Origin: Chiloscyllium plagiosum
Lineage: Eukaryota
Length of the DNA: 64,000 nt
Reading direction: 5' to 3'
NCBI RefSeq assembly: GCF_004010195.1
Contig: NC_057719.1
Span: 88,343,993-88,407,992, forward strand
Positions 12,468-25,100 of the stretch are shown one piece after another (positions within the stretch are counted from its first letter, which is position 1; every line of letters begins with the position of its first letter). The notes beneath the pieces were generated by a model. The model saw only the letters and a list, made by a program, of their open reading frames with translations, had not been told where the DNA came from and did no database searches. The translations under genes were made by a program, and so were the position numbers.

Positions 12468-14375
12468 AATCATAGAATCATACAACACAGAAATACTGTA
12501 GATCCTTCGGTCCAACCAATCCACACCGATCATGTTCTCAAACTAAACCAGCCCTCCCTGCTGCATTTAGTCCCTATCCCTCCAAACTTTTCCTATTCAT
12601 GAACTTATCCAAATATCTTTTAAATGTTGTAACTGTATCTACATTCACCACTTCTTCTGGCAGTTCATTCCACACACTAGCTACTCACTATAAAAATATT
12701 GCCCCTCATGTCCTTTTCAAATCTTTCTCCTCTCACCTTAAACCTCTGGCCCCTACTTTCAAACTTCCCCACCCTAGAGAAAAGACACTTGTCATTCACC
12801 TTATCTATGCCCCTCATGATTTTACAAATCTCAATAAGCTCACCCTTCAACCTCCTACACTCCAGTGAAAAAAATCCCAGTCTGTTTTAGATCTCAAACC
12901 CTCCATTCCCAGCTTCATCCTGGTAAATCTTTTCTGCACTCTCCCCACTTTAATAATATTCTTCCCATAACAGGGTGACCAGAACGGCACACAACAGTCC
13001 AGAAGAGGCCACACCAATGTCCCATACAACTTCGACATCCCAACTCAAAGGTCTGAGCAATGAAGGAAGTATACTGAATGCCTTCCTAACTATCCTGATT
13101 ACCTTGACACACATTACAAAGAATTATGTACCTAAACCCCGAGGTGTCTCTGTTCTACAACACTAGATGCCGAATTCTGTTTTATAATTTTTCTGGGAGG
13201 TATTTTACAAGCACTTGAATAATCTGCAATTCATGCTTATAATTATTCTGTATTTGAATTGGCTTCACATGATAGGTCTTGTGCATGTTATATGAAATAA
13301 CAGCCAATAAAATGTAGCATTTGATTTTTAAAAATCCACGATTGTATAATGGGATAAACACAGGGAAATAGGTTCAGGCTGGTGGAGTGAAATATTGTAC
13401 AAAGTAATGGTTCTGAAGGGGCTAATATTCATGCTGTACTTGTTTCACCTGTTCTACTGCTAGTGATATCTAACTTTTGTACTAACTCCTGTCAGGTTCA
13501 TGTGAGCATGCCTGAGCAATTGTCTGTCATGCAATGAATGTTCTCAGGGTCATACAGCACAGAAACAGACCCTTTGGCTCAACTCGTCCATGCTGACCAG
13601 GTCTCCTAAACAGAATCAGTCCCTTTTGCCAATATTTGGACCATATCCCTCTAAATTCTGTCCAAATATCCACCTCTATCACTTCCTCTGGCAGCTTGTT
13701 CCACACACGCACCACCCTTTATGTGAAAATGTTGCCCCTCAGATCCCTTTTAAATCTTTCTCGTCTCACCTTAAACCTATGCCCTTTAGTTTTGGACTTC
13801 CCTCCTCTGGGTAAAAGACATTGGTGTTTAATCCAATCCGTGCCCCGCATTATTTTATAAACCTCTATAAGGTCACCGCTCAGCTCTGATGCTGCAAGGA
13901 AAATAGCCCCAGCCTATTCAGTCTCTCCCTATAGCTGAAATCCTTTGTCCAAGCAACATCCTTATAAATATTTTCTGAATTCTTTCAAGTTTAACAATTT
14001 ATTTCCTATAACAGGGAGACCAGAATTGAATGCAGCATTCAAAACTAGCCTGTGCAGCCAAAACATGACAGTTCAACTCCTAAACTTGGTGCACTGACCA
14101 TAATGGCAAATGTACCAAACACCTTCCTTGTTGTCCTGTCTACCTGTGCCTCACTTTCAAGGATCTTCCACCCCAAGGTCTCTTTGCTTGGCAACAATCC
14201 CCAGGACCCTACCATTTAGTGTATGAGTCCTGCCTTGGTTTGCTTTACCAAACTGTAGCACCCCACATTTATCTAAATTAAACTCCATTTGCCAATCCTT
14301 GGCCCATTGACCCATCTGATCAAGGTACTCTGAGATAACCTTCTTCATTGTTCATTACACCTCCAGTTTTGTTTG
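12468..14375 (-). mobile_element. Two degraded CR1 3' fragments (12468-13165, 13545-14375)
   Basis: CR1 3' UTR (acagacccttcgg...catatccctc) and RT C-terminal remnants. Confidence 0.8.
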
Positions 14376-14379
14376 GACA

Positions 14380-14535
14380 GAACATAAGTGTGCTGCGAAG
14401 CTGTCACTCAGTCTGCGTTTTGTCTCCCCAGTGTAGAGGAGACCACATTGTGAGCAGCGAATCCAGGAGGCTAAATTGAATGAAGTCCAGGTAAATCGCT
14501 ACTTCACCTGGAAGGTGTTGGGAGTGGAGGAGTGG
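14380..14535 (-). mobile_element. Degraded Penelope-like GIY-YIG fragment
   Basis: Minus strand reads FQVK*RFTWTSFNLASWIRCSQCGLLYTGETKRRLS. Confidence 0.7.
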
Positions 14536-14719
14536 ATCAGGGTGTCCCAGATGGAATAGTGCCTGCAAAGGACTGACAAGGGAGTGGTCACTCCAATCTG
14601 ACCCCACTCATTCAGGTAAATTGTTGAAATAAAGTGGGGGCAGCAATCGACAAATCAAGTAGAATTCTGCACACCAAATCAAAAAGTCAGACAGAGGAGC
14701 TCCTCAGCAAGTATATGGT

Positions 14720-15600
14720 CAGAGCAAATCTAGTTTTGAGCATTCAATACAGGGTACTGTATCAAAGGTGCAAGTTTCAGCATTGGAGATCATGGCAGCT
14801 CAGGTACAGGATACGAAAGTAGGGATATAATGATGAAACTGTAGAAGACACTGGTGAGGCCACAACTGGAATAATTCTGATTCCCACATTACAGGAAAGA
14901 TGCAATTGCTTTGGAGAGAGTGCAGAGCTGATTTGCTGGAATGTTGCCAGGGCTGCAGAATTGTAGCTACGAGGAGAGATCGGAAAGATTGGGGCTATTT
15001 TCCTTGGAACAGAGAAAGCTGAGGGGTGACATGATTGAGATATACAAAATTGTGAGGAGTACAGTGGAAGGAGGAACCTGTTTCCCTTGGCAGAAAGTTC
15101 AAAACCAGAGGTTATAGATTCAAGCTAAGCGGCAGTAGGATTAGAGGAGATGTGAAGAAAAATGCTTTTACACAGACGGTGAGGGGGTGGTGTCTGGAAT
15201 TCACTGCCTGAAGCGGCAGGGACAGACCACTATAAACACCGGAGGAAACATCAAAGAAGTGCTTCGCAGGAGGCTCCCAAGCACTGATGATGTCGCCTAG
15301 CCAGGGGACGAAACGTTTGCAACAAAAACTTCCAGCTCGGCGAACAGAACCACAACAACGAGCACCCGAGCTAAAAATCTTCGCACAAACTTTGATCACT
15401 GCCTGAGTTGGTGCTGAAGGCAGAGACCCTAAACGCCTTTGAAAAGTACCTGGATCTGCATCTTAAGTGCTGTACGCTGCAGGGCTATGTGCTGTGTGTA
15501 TGAAGATGGGAATAGAAGGGGCATCTGGGTGTTTTTGGGTCAACATGGACAAGATGGGCCAAATAGCCTCAGTCTGTGCTGTATCATCTCTATGGTTCAG
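14720..15600 (+). mobile_element. Old CR1 3' fragment interrupted by a hammerhead-bearing insertion
   Basis: LVRPQLE-like and LRGDMIE.YKI motifs; host sequence resumes after the TSD at 15396. Confidence 0.75.
15212..15395 (+). mobile_element. 184-bp TSD-flanked insertion with a hammerhead motif (Penelope-like terminus, distinct family)
   Basis: TSD tcactgcctga at 15201-15211 and 15396-15406; gca CUGAUGA U GUCgCCU-agcc-AGGgGAC GAAA CGUU ugc at 15281-15320. Confidence 0.75.
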
Positions 15601-16204
15601 GGCATGGTAACTGAAAGATTATACGTTTATACCTCCCAGGGTAGGTAATTTGTCATTTATGGACGAGGGAGTGTGAGAAAGAGAGAGAAAAACAGATATA
15701 CAGTTTGAGGGGCACCACTCAGAATTAAATTGAGTGCATATAATTACCACAACCCGATATGAGAGAAAGACCCATCCATGACAATCTTAATATTGAATGA
15801 ACAAACAGAAGGAGTGCCCACTCTCCCAAAGAACCCAGAATATACACCAAGCTAGGGTTCAGAATGAACCTGTCTCACCCCATTGTGATTGTGACATGTT
15901 GGGTAGTGTCACAGAATTCCAGAAGACAGGAGAGGAACAGGCAAATGTCCAGCCAGTATTTTACCATGATCTGGCTAAACCTCAGATTCCACAGTCAACA
16001 AGAAAACATTCCACCTCTCAGCTACAAGACATTTCTGTCATGCTCTCCAATTTGCAAAGGAAATAGTTTTCCTTCCATGTGCCAAATTGGAAGCTTGTTT
16101 CTGCCAAAAATAATTACTCTCAGTCACTCCATCGATTGAAGTAATCCAGCTGGACTGTGTAACCAAGGTAACACAGATAAATAAAACTTACTGCTGAATT
16201 TTCA

Positions 16205-16702
16205 CAGATGTATACATTGTGTAACACACTGATCAGAGCACGACTTGCTCAGTGCACACGGCTCCCAGTGTAACACACTGCTCAGTGCACACGACTCCCT
16301 GTGTAACACACTGCTCAGTGCACACGACTCCCTGTGCACAGATGTATACATTGTGTAACACACTGATCAGAGCACACGACTTGCTGTGTAACACACTACT
16401 CAGTGCACACGGCTCCCAGTGTAACACACTGCTCAGTGCACACGGCTCCCTGTGTAACACACTGCTCAGTGCACACGACTCCCTGTGTAACACTGCTCAG
16501 TGCACACGACTCCGTGTAACACACTGCTCAGTGCACACGACTCCGTGTAACACACTGCTCAGTGCACACGACTCCCTGTGTAACACACTGATCAGTGCAC
16601 ACAGCTCGCTGTGTAACACACTGATCAGTGTGACAACACAATGTGTAACACATTGATCAGTGCACACGACTCCCTGCGTAACACACTGATCAGCGCACAC
16701 AA
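16205..16702. repeat. 31-33 bp minisatellite (gtgtaacacactgctcagtgcacacgactccct)
   Basis: TGCACAC recurs at 16253, 16286, 16319, 16404, 16437, 16470, 16501, 16532, 16563, 16596, 16661. Confidence 0.95.
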
Positions 16703-16709
16703 CCCCTGA

Positions 16710-18090
16710 AGAGTTGTGCTCCATAATTGCTAATCCCCTAGCCAACATTGGCATCTATTCAACAATGTGGAATATTGCCCAGGCATATCCTGGACGCAAA
16801 AAGCAGAACAAATCCAAACCATCCAAATACCGCTCTGTCAGTACTCCCGATCATCAGTAAAGTGATGAAAGGGGTCATCAACAACACCTGCTCAGCAACA
16901 ACCTGCTCAATGATGCCCAGTTTGGTGTCTATCAGGACATTCAGCTCCTGACCTCATTACGGCCTATTTTCAAACATGGACCAAAGAGCTGAATTCCTGA
17001 GGTAAGGTGAGAGTGATAGCCCTTGACATCAAGGTTCTCTAGTAAAACTGGAATCAATGGATATCAGGGGGAAAATTCTCCACTAGTTGAAGTCATACCT
17101 GGCACATAGGAGATGGTTATGGTTATTGGAAGTCAGGCATCTCAGCTTCAGGACATCGCTGCACGAGTCCCTCAGGGTGGTGTCCTATGCCTAACTATTT
17201 TCAGTTGCATCATCAATAACCTTCCCTCCATCGTAAAGTTACAAGTGAGTGTGTTTGCTAATGATTGCACAATGTTCAGCACCATTCCTGACAACTCAGA
17301 TCCTGAAGCAGTCCATGTTCAAATACAACAAGATTTGGACAATATCCAGGCTTGGGCTGACAAGTGAAAAGTAACATTCACTCCACACAAATGCCAGACA
17401 ATGACCATCTCCTAAAGTGACAATCTAACCACTGCCCCTTGATATTACTATATCCTGGGGCTTACCATTGACCAGAAACTGAACTGGACTTGCCACATAA
17501 ATGGTGGATATAAGAGCAGGTCAGAGGTTAGGAAAACTGCGGTAAGTAACCCAGCTCCTGACTCCCCGAAGCCTGTCCAACATCTACAAAGCACAAGTCA
17601 GGAGTGTGATGGAATACTCCTCACCTCCCTGGATGAGTGCAGCCCCAACAACACTTAAGAACTTTGACATCATCCAGGACAAAAGCAGCCACTTGATTAG
17701 CACCAAATCTACAAACATCCACTTCCTTCACCACCTGATGCTCAGTAGCAGCAGTGTGTACTATCTATAAGATGCACTGCAGAAATTCACCAGTGATCCT
17801 TAGACAGCACTTTCCAAACCCAGGACTGCTTCTGTCTAGAAAGACAAAGACAGTAGACACATGGGAATACCACTACCTGCAAGATCCTGTCCAAGCCACT
17901 CACCATCCTGACTTGGAATTATACTGCCATTCCTTCAGTGATGCTGGGTCAAAGTCCTAGTACTCCACCTCCCTCCAAGGGCATTGTGGATCATGGACTG
18001 CAGCAGTTCAAGCAGGCAGCTCACCCCCACCTTCTCAAGGGGCAATTAGGGACAGGCATCAATACCTATGTCCCAAGAGTGAATAAGGAA
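16710..18090 (+). mobile_element. Old CR1/L2-type LINE RT and 3' end
   Basis: ORF 17113-17367 VPQGGVL..TIFSCIINNL...VFANDCT...LDNIQAWADK; 3' end gggcaattaggg. Confidence 0.8.
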
Positions 18091-18497
18091 AACCTGCTGA
18101 TCATTTTGAGGCTGAACATTGACTTTCATTGTAGTGACAGTGAACAGATAAGTGAAAAACAGCTGGCTTATTATCCCTTAATGCAATGTAACAATGTCCA
18201 ATTTAATTGAAAGTGTGCCCAAAAATGAACATAGTTGGATAGAGATAGTGTGCAGGGTGTGGGGACAAAGGAGGAGAGTTGCTGAGGTTGGATTCTTCCA
18301 GCTCCCTTCCTCTCAACACAGTCTAGAATCACTTGGGTAAGAGACCAGAGATGTTTAAATCTATACAAACGCTCCCAGTAAGAGTGTATTCCCTCAGAAG
18401 AGATTAGGAGAGGAAACATAGATTGGATAAAATTTAACTTTGCAGCTGAGAAGTAAATGATTAAAATGAAGAGATGCCCAGACATATGTGGCATAAG

Positions 18498-18540
18498 TTT
18501 ATTATCAATAAAGGTAATGACAAGCATTTAATATTTTATT
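18498..18540 (-). terminator. Candidate polyadenylation signals (two AATAAA) of the CRIP gene
   Basis: tttatt on + at 18498-18503 and 18535-18540, about 530-570 nt after the stop, in repeat-free AT-rich sequence. Confidence 0.55.
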
Positions 18541-19066
18541 TAATGCGATGTAACAGGGTGCTTCATTTTGTTGGTGCTTTCTTTAGAAAAAGAACAAGAT
18601 TTTTAAAACGTAGTTTGCACAATATAATACTGTAGTGCTTGAAATCACAATGGAGTGAATGATGAGGGGACAAGCAGCTTATAATACTAGGAGAGATCAA
18701 GATGTTGTGACTTATAGGTACTGCAGTAGAGCTCAAAATAAAAACATTTGCTGGCTTTTAACCCTGACCATCACTCTGTGGTTTGAGATCCGACAAGAGT
18801 TTTGGCAGGTCTGCGGTGTTTTTAAGAGCTGCCAACAGCTCGGAGCTACGTTAAAGTTCGAGAGGGTGATCGGAGGCCATCAGGTAGTGAGGGCAGCCCT
18901 GTCCCATCCCTCACAGATTGCACACTACATGGAATACGTCTGAACATGCCTAGTTCTAAACTATTGTTACTGTGTGTTACAGTGAAGACAGTGTCCCCAG
19001 CACTTTGCGTTAGCGGGTAAACAGCACAACATTGAACTTGGATCTTCCTGGAGTGTATGAAAGCCA

Positions 19067-19131
19067 TCACTGGCCCCCAGCAGCATCACTCTTCTCATAG
19101 ATGTAGCTCCCAACAACGCCGGTATTGACCC
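19067..19131 (-). CDS. crip2: CRIP2-like exon 8, coding part to stop
   Basis: gtttacag|GGGTCAATACC...GGCCAG TGA; encodes (G)[20 protein letters not shown]. Confidence 0.93.
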
Positions 19132-22100
19132 CTGTAAACACAGCAAGGAAACAGATGGCCATTGAGGAAGATGCACTGCCATACAGGATTAAACAGAAAG
19201 GCCATGCATTTTAACTTGAAATAGCCGACTGCTCAGATCCCTCTAAGGTCTGACCTCTCCCTACCCTTTGTAATTGTCTCCAGCTTTTCAAAATCCTTTC
19301 CTCTTCTGTAACTCTAGCCCCTTGCTGATCATTGCCCCAACAGCCAGGGGCCCTGCAGAGATGCCAGGCTCTGAAATTCCTCTCCCTAATGCCAGTCACC
19401 ATCAGACAGATAAGACTGACTGCTGAATCAATCTTCCAAAGCTACAACAAGTAGCATTTCAACTGAGAGGTGATTATACTGGATCCCATGGGTCACCAGA
19501 TTCCAGTGAATGGGCAGTCAGTTCCACCTGCAGGTCACTGTATCTCAGTGAAGGGGTGGGGTGGGGTATCAGTTCCAAACATGGGCCACCAGATCCCAGC
19601 GAGAGGGGAATCAGTTGTACCCACAGACCACTGGATCCCAATGAGAAGGGGATCAATTTTACACCTGTGAACCTCTGGATCCCAGAGAGGGGCATCAGTT
19701 CTACCTACAGGCCACTGGACCCACTGAGAAGGGCCGGATCAGTTTACACCTATGGGCCACTGGATCCCAGTGAGAGGGGGATCAGTTCCACACATAAGCC
19801 AATGGATTCTAGACAGATGTGGATCAGTTTTAGTTATAATGAAGTCAGTAGGTCAAGATAAGCAGCAATTCCCCACTTGTGTGTTAATTCTGATAGTTGA
19901 GACCATTGTTACCTTTTGGTCCAAACAGGATTCCGTAGCAGGGCTTGTGGCAGTAGGGTTGTCCATCATGCTGTGCAGAGACAAACAGAAAAACTATTTC
20001 AGCACCTTACCACTGCACTCACATACCAACTGCTCACCTTAAACAGCCCCCTCAACGAAGATAAAATCCCCAGACTGTTTTGCAAGTGGCTTTTCCTGGG
20101 ATCCCACTGTTTTGAAATGGGCCATGCTTCCTACATACCAACAGTGGCAGCACTTCACAAAGCCAGGTCATTAGCTGTGACACACTCTGGGATGTCCTGG
20201 ACCTGCTGAAAAGCACTTCAGGAACACAAATTGCTTTCCTCAACAAAAAAAAACTTTGGCAAAGGGACACGACTGGAGGATGAGTTGCAGTTGCCAGGCT
20301 CATCCTTTGGGTATGTTTTGGTGGACTCCATGTATTGGGATAAAGCATTAAGATTGTTGGTCACAGCAATCCCTGCCTTTAATCCACTGGGAGACCATGA
20401 AGGCACCAGGCACGTTGACTTGTTGGTGACGTTCATTTTCCTGTAACTGGGGAAAAGTCATTGGCTTGTGGGGACTGGGGCAAGCCCATGTTCCCATTAT
20501 GCAGTGAGGCAGTTGTAAGCTTGCCCTTTGTTCACCAGTTAATTCAGCATATGTATACACTCCACCTGATGACCTTTCCCCTCTTAGCTGTTCTCGACCC
20601 TCTGCCAATTTCAATCAATTGGTTATCAGAGCTGGCTAAGTAGCCAGCACTGACCCTGGCACTGCCCAGGAACAGGTCATTCATCCAAAGGCAATGCTCT
20701 ACCATTCCCTGCAGCACAATTAACTTATGCGCCTTCCCCATAGCAGCAGCAATAAGATAGAGTGGGGGGGGGGGGAGAGGAGGAGGAGGAGGAGGAGGAA
20801 TGGGCATTTGTCAAAGTCTGGATGACTCTTATGTCCCTTTTCTTGTTTGAGAAGTGGAGGGATATTCAAAGGACAAGAGGCATCTCACTCCATTAGAGAG
20901 ACATGATTGGCTCAGTACAAATTGAAGATATACAAATGTTGTTTGGGGGTGGGGACAGGCCACCCCATTAACAACCACATCTGCTACAAGTGACAGGCTA
21001 CACATTTAAGACAACAGGGCCCTCTTGTGGTGCAGTGTCCCCCCCACTGGGCCAGGAGGCCTGGGTTCAAGTCTCAATTGCTCAGAGGTTTATAGTGACA
21101 TCTCTGAACAAGTTAGCTAGAAAATATTTTAAAGAGAGGGATGAGACTGGATTAGATCTCAGAGGGTAGTGAATCTGTGGAATTCTTTACTGCAGAGGGC
21201 TGTCCAAGCCTGGTCATTAAAGCTGAGACGGACAGATTTTAATCAGTATGAGAAATCAAGAGTTATGGGAAAAAGGCAGGAAAGTGGAGTTGAGGATGAT
21301 CAGTTCAGCTATGATCTCATTGAATGGTGGAGCAGACTTGACGGGCTGAATTGCCTACTCCTGCACTAATGTCTTATGGGGACTGAACCCACATTTTAAT
21401 CTGCACAAGTTATCTAACCAAGACAGCCAAGTACCCCCATTTAAAAAAGTGTCCATTTAATATAAACCAGGATGACATCACTAACTGTGATGTTCTTCCG
21501 TACACAAACAGTAAGCTATTGAAACCCATTTCTCAGCCACACTGGGGGGTTAATAAGTCCTGACATTTTAAGAGTACCAGTCAGGAAATGGCTTGCAAGA
21601 TGTTGACTGACCAGAAAACATCTGGATCACCCTGATCCCTCCTGGAGTCCTGGGATGATCTGCTATAAGTCCCAGCAGAGGTAACAGGTTTGACCACAAC
21701 TTCTGAACAAACTGCTCCAAGATGGACTGAGCTGCAGTGGGAAACATTACTCATGCTGGCTCACCTTGCTGTCACTGTACTGCTGATATCTGTCCCACTG
21801 CCCTGCCATCTCTCAGCACCTGAACTTCAACACTCATCAGGTAATCCTACTGTGGGGGGCATCATGTACATTCTGCTTCATATCAGCTGTGAGGAAGTGA
21901 TTTACATTTCTTGAGTCAAATCTTAACTAAAACACAAAAGGAAGCCTACAAAGGTTCAATGATGGGCAAAGATCTGGTAAATGGAGTACATTGTGGCAAA
22001 ATATGAAACTCTCTATTTTGGCAGGAGGAATTTTAAAAAAAAGCACATTATCTAAATGGTGAGAGGTTGCAGAGGGATCTGGGTGTCCTAGTGCATGAAT

Positions 22101-25100
22101 TGAGGAAGATTAGAGTGTAGGTACAGCAAGTAATCAGGAAAGCTAATAGAATGTTATATTTTGCTGTGAGGGGAATTGAATTTAAGGGTAAGGAGGTCAT
22201 ATTTCAGTTATACAGAGTACTGGTGAGACCAAATCTGGAGTACAGTGTACAGCACTGATCACCATACTTACAGAAGGATGTTACTGCAGTTCAGAGCAGA
22301 CTATTGGACTAGTGGATTACCTTATAAGGAAAGGCTGGGCCTGTATCCTCTGGAATTTAGATGAGTCAGAGGTTACTGATTTGAAGGCCTGAGGGAACCT
22401 GACTGGGTGGATGTGGAACGGATGTTTTCTCTTATGGGAGAATCTAGAACTAAGGGTCATTGTTTAAAAATAAGGGACAACTATTTAAAATAGAGATGGG
22501 CAATTTTTTTTTGGTCTTAGAGTCTTTGAAACTCCCTTCCTTAAAAAGGAAGTGCTTGCAGAATCTTCAAATATTGTGAAAGTAGAGAGATAAATCTCTC
22601 CACTCTGCAGGCACCCTGCCTCTATTTCTGATGAAGGGCTTTTGCCTGAAACGTCTATGTTCCTGCTCCTCGGATGCTGCCTGACCTGTTGTGCTTTTCC
22701 AGCACCACTCTAATCTAGACTCTGGTTTCCAGCATCTGAATCCTTGTTTTTACCCTGGACATTGGTTAGGCCACTGTTGGAATATTGCGTGCAATTCTGG
22801 TCTACTTCTTATTGGAAAGATGTTGTGAAACTTGAAAGGGTTCAGAAAAGGTTTACAAGGATGTTGCCAGGGTTAGAGGATGAGCTATAGGAAGAGGCTG
22901 AACAGGCTGGGGCTGTTTTTCCTGGAGCGTCAGAGGGTGAGGGGTGACCTTATAGAGATTTACAAAATTATGAGGAGCATGGATAGGATAAATAGACAAA
23001 GTATTTTCCTTGGGGTCAGGGAGTCCAGAACTAGAGGGCATAGGGTTAGGGTGAAAGAGGAAAGATATAAAAGAGACCTATGGGGCAACTTTTTCACGCA
23101 GAGGGTGGTGCGTGTATGGAATGAGCTGCCAGAGGATGTGGTGGAAGCTGGTACAATTGCAACATTTAAGAGGCATTTGGATGGGTATATGAATAGGAAG
23201 GGTTTGGAGGTATATGGGCCGGGAGCTGGCAGGTGGGATGAAATTGGGTTGGGATATCTGGTCGGCATGGACGGGTTGGACCAAAGGGTCTGTTTCCATG
23301 CTGTACATCTCTATGACTATGACTCTATGTCAAAGGTCCAACAGCAAAACTACTGAGCAGCCTTGATTCAGTAGTTGGACTGTCATTTTAGAATCAGAAG
23401 GTTTATGGCCTATCCCTCAGATTCGAGCACAGAATCCAGACTGGAAATTGTGTGCAGTGCCAGGGGGTTGCTGCACATGGGGTGTTCCATCAGATTTCAG
23501 GCCCCATCTGCTGTCGGGATGGAGGTTAAAGACTTCCACAGCCTTAACTGGAAGAGCAGGACGTGTGTTCTCTCCAGCACTCTGGAGGAAATAAAAGGAA
23601 GACTTGTATTTATGATTATTTTTCATGATTAGAATGGAAATCGAAGTACGTTAGGTTTAAATGCATCTGAATTGGCTTCTATCTCTGAGATATGTTTCAG
23701 TAGATTTGTAATCAAGTACGCCTCAAATTGCATCCTTAATATCCCCAGTGTTGATATGCGATAGGTTTCCAGATATGGACCATGACAGATTGATTAAACA
23801 CACGTCCACCATAACAAAGCTACAGTAGCAATATATCATTCTGTGTAACCCTGGCAGCAGGCAGAGAGTGAAGCCTTCGATTTGGAGATTGATTCAAGTA
23901 AGCAAGTGCTCGTTGTGGGCGGCACAGTGGCTAGCACCACTGCCTCACACGCCAGGGACCTGGGTTCGATTTCACCTCCAGGCAACTGGCTGTGGAGTTT
24001 GCACATTATCCCCATGTCTGTGTGGATTTCCTCTAAGTGCTCTGGTTTCCTCCCACAGTCCAAAGATGTATAGATTAGGTGGATTGGCCATGAGAAATTG
24101 CACCATAGTGTCCAGGGTTGCGTAGGTGAGGTGGTTTAGTAATGGGAAATACAAGGATAGGGTAGGATGCTGTTCGGAGGGTTGGGTGGGTGGAACGGAT
24201 CGGCCGAATGGCTTGCTTTCACATTGTCAGGATTCGATGAGAGGTAGGTTTTAAAAGAGGAAAATGAAATGTAGTGGGGTACACGGCAATAACAACAAGC
24301 TGCATTTACATTGTGCCCTTAATGTGACAGAACATCTGACAGGAGCTTACAAAACAGTATGTTTCCAGTGGTAAACAGAGCTGGTAACAGCAAAACACTA
24401 TGGAGATGATTGGAGAGAGCGCGGAGAGAGTGAGACAAAGAGGAATTGTTATTTTTAAATGCAGTAAGTTCAGATCAGGACCCTAAGCAATGAAAGGGTG
24501 ATGAAAGCAGTGAAGTTTATAAAGGCAACTCGATAAATAATTGATGTGGAAACATTTGCAGGATTACAGGGAAAGAGCAGGGGAGAGGCACTCCAATGCT
24601 AATGATGGGCCCAAGAGCTACCCTGTAGTGAGACTGTTTGAGTCGACAATTTGGGTATTCCTTCTGTGAGTAAAATGTTGTTGACATTATTTTACTAACT
24701 CCTTGCTAAAGCAATCCTCACAATTGGGTCCTGAACCCTAAGCTCATGGCTACAAAGAGACAGTTAATTTCAACCTCATTGCCACTCATGGTCCTGCAAG
24801 CTGATAGTGAGCAGTCTGGAATATGTCTTGTTGGCTGAAGGGGTCTTCCATCCCTTTTAGACTGTGGGAAATGCAGCAACTGATTGGTGCACAGCAATTT
24901 CCCACACAGTAATAATGACCATACTTTCTGTGATGTGACTGAGGGATAAATGTTGGCCCCAGGACTCCTGGGACACTACTTAGAATGAGTGACATAGCCC
25001 ACTGCATCCTTCCCAGGGCAATTAGAGATGAGCAATAAATATTAGTGTAGCCAGCAATTACAAACAAACAGAGCATTTTTTTAGAATATAAAAATCGAAA

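Noticed and set aside
16205..16702. CRISPR-like periodic repeats (also 7190-7640 and 19478-19830)
   Set aside because: Units are contiguous tandem copies with no unique spacers, there are no cas genes, and the context is eukaryotic.
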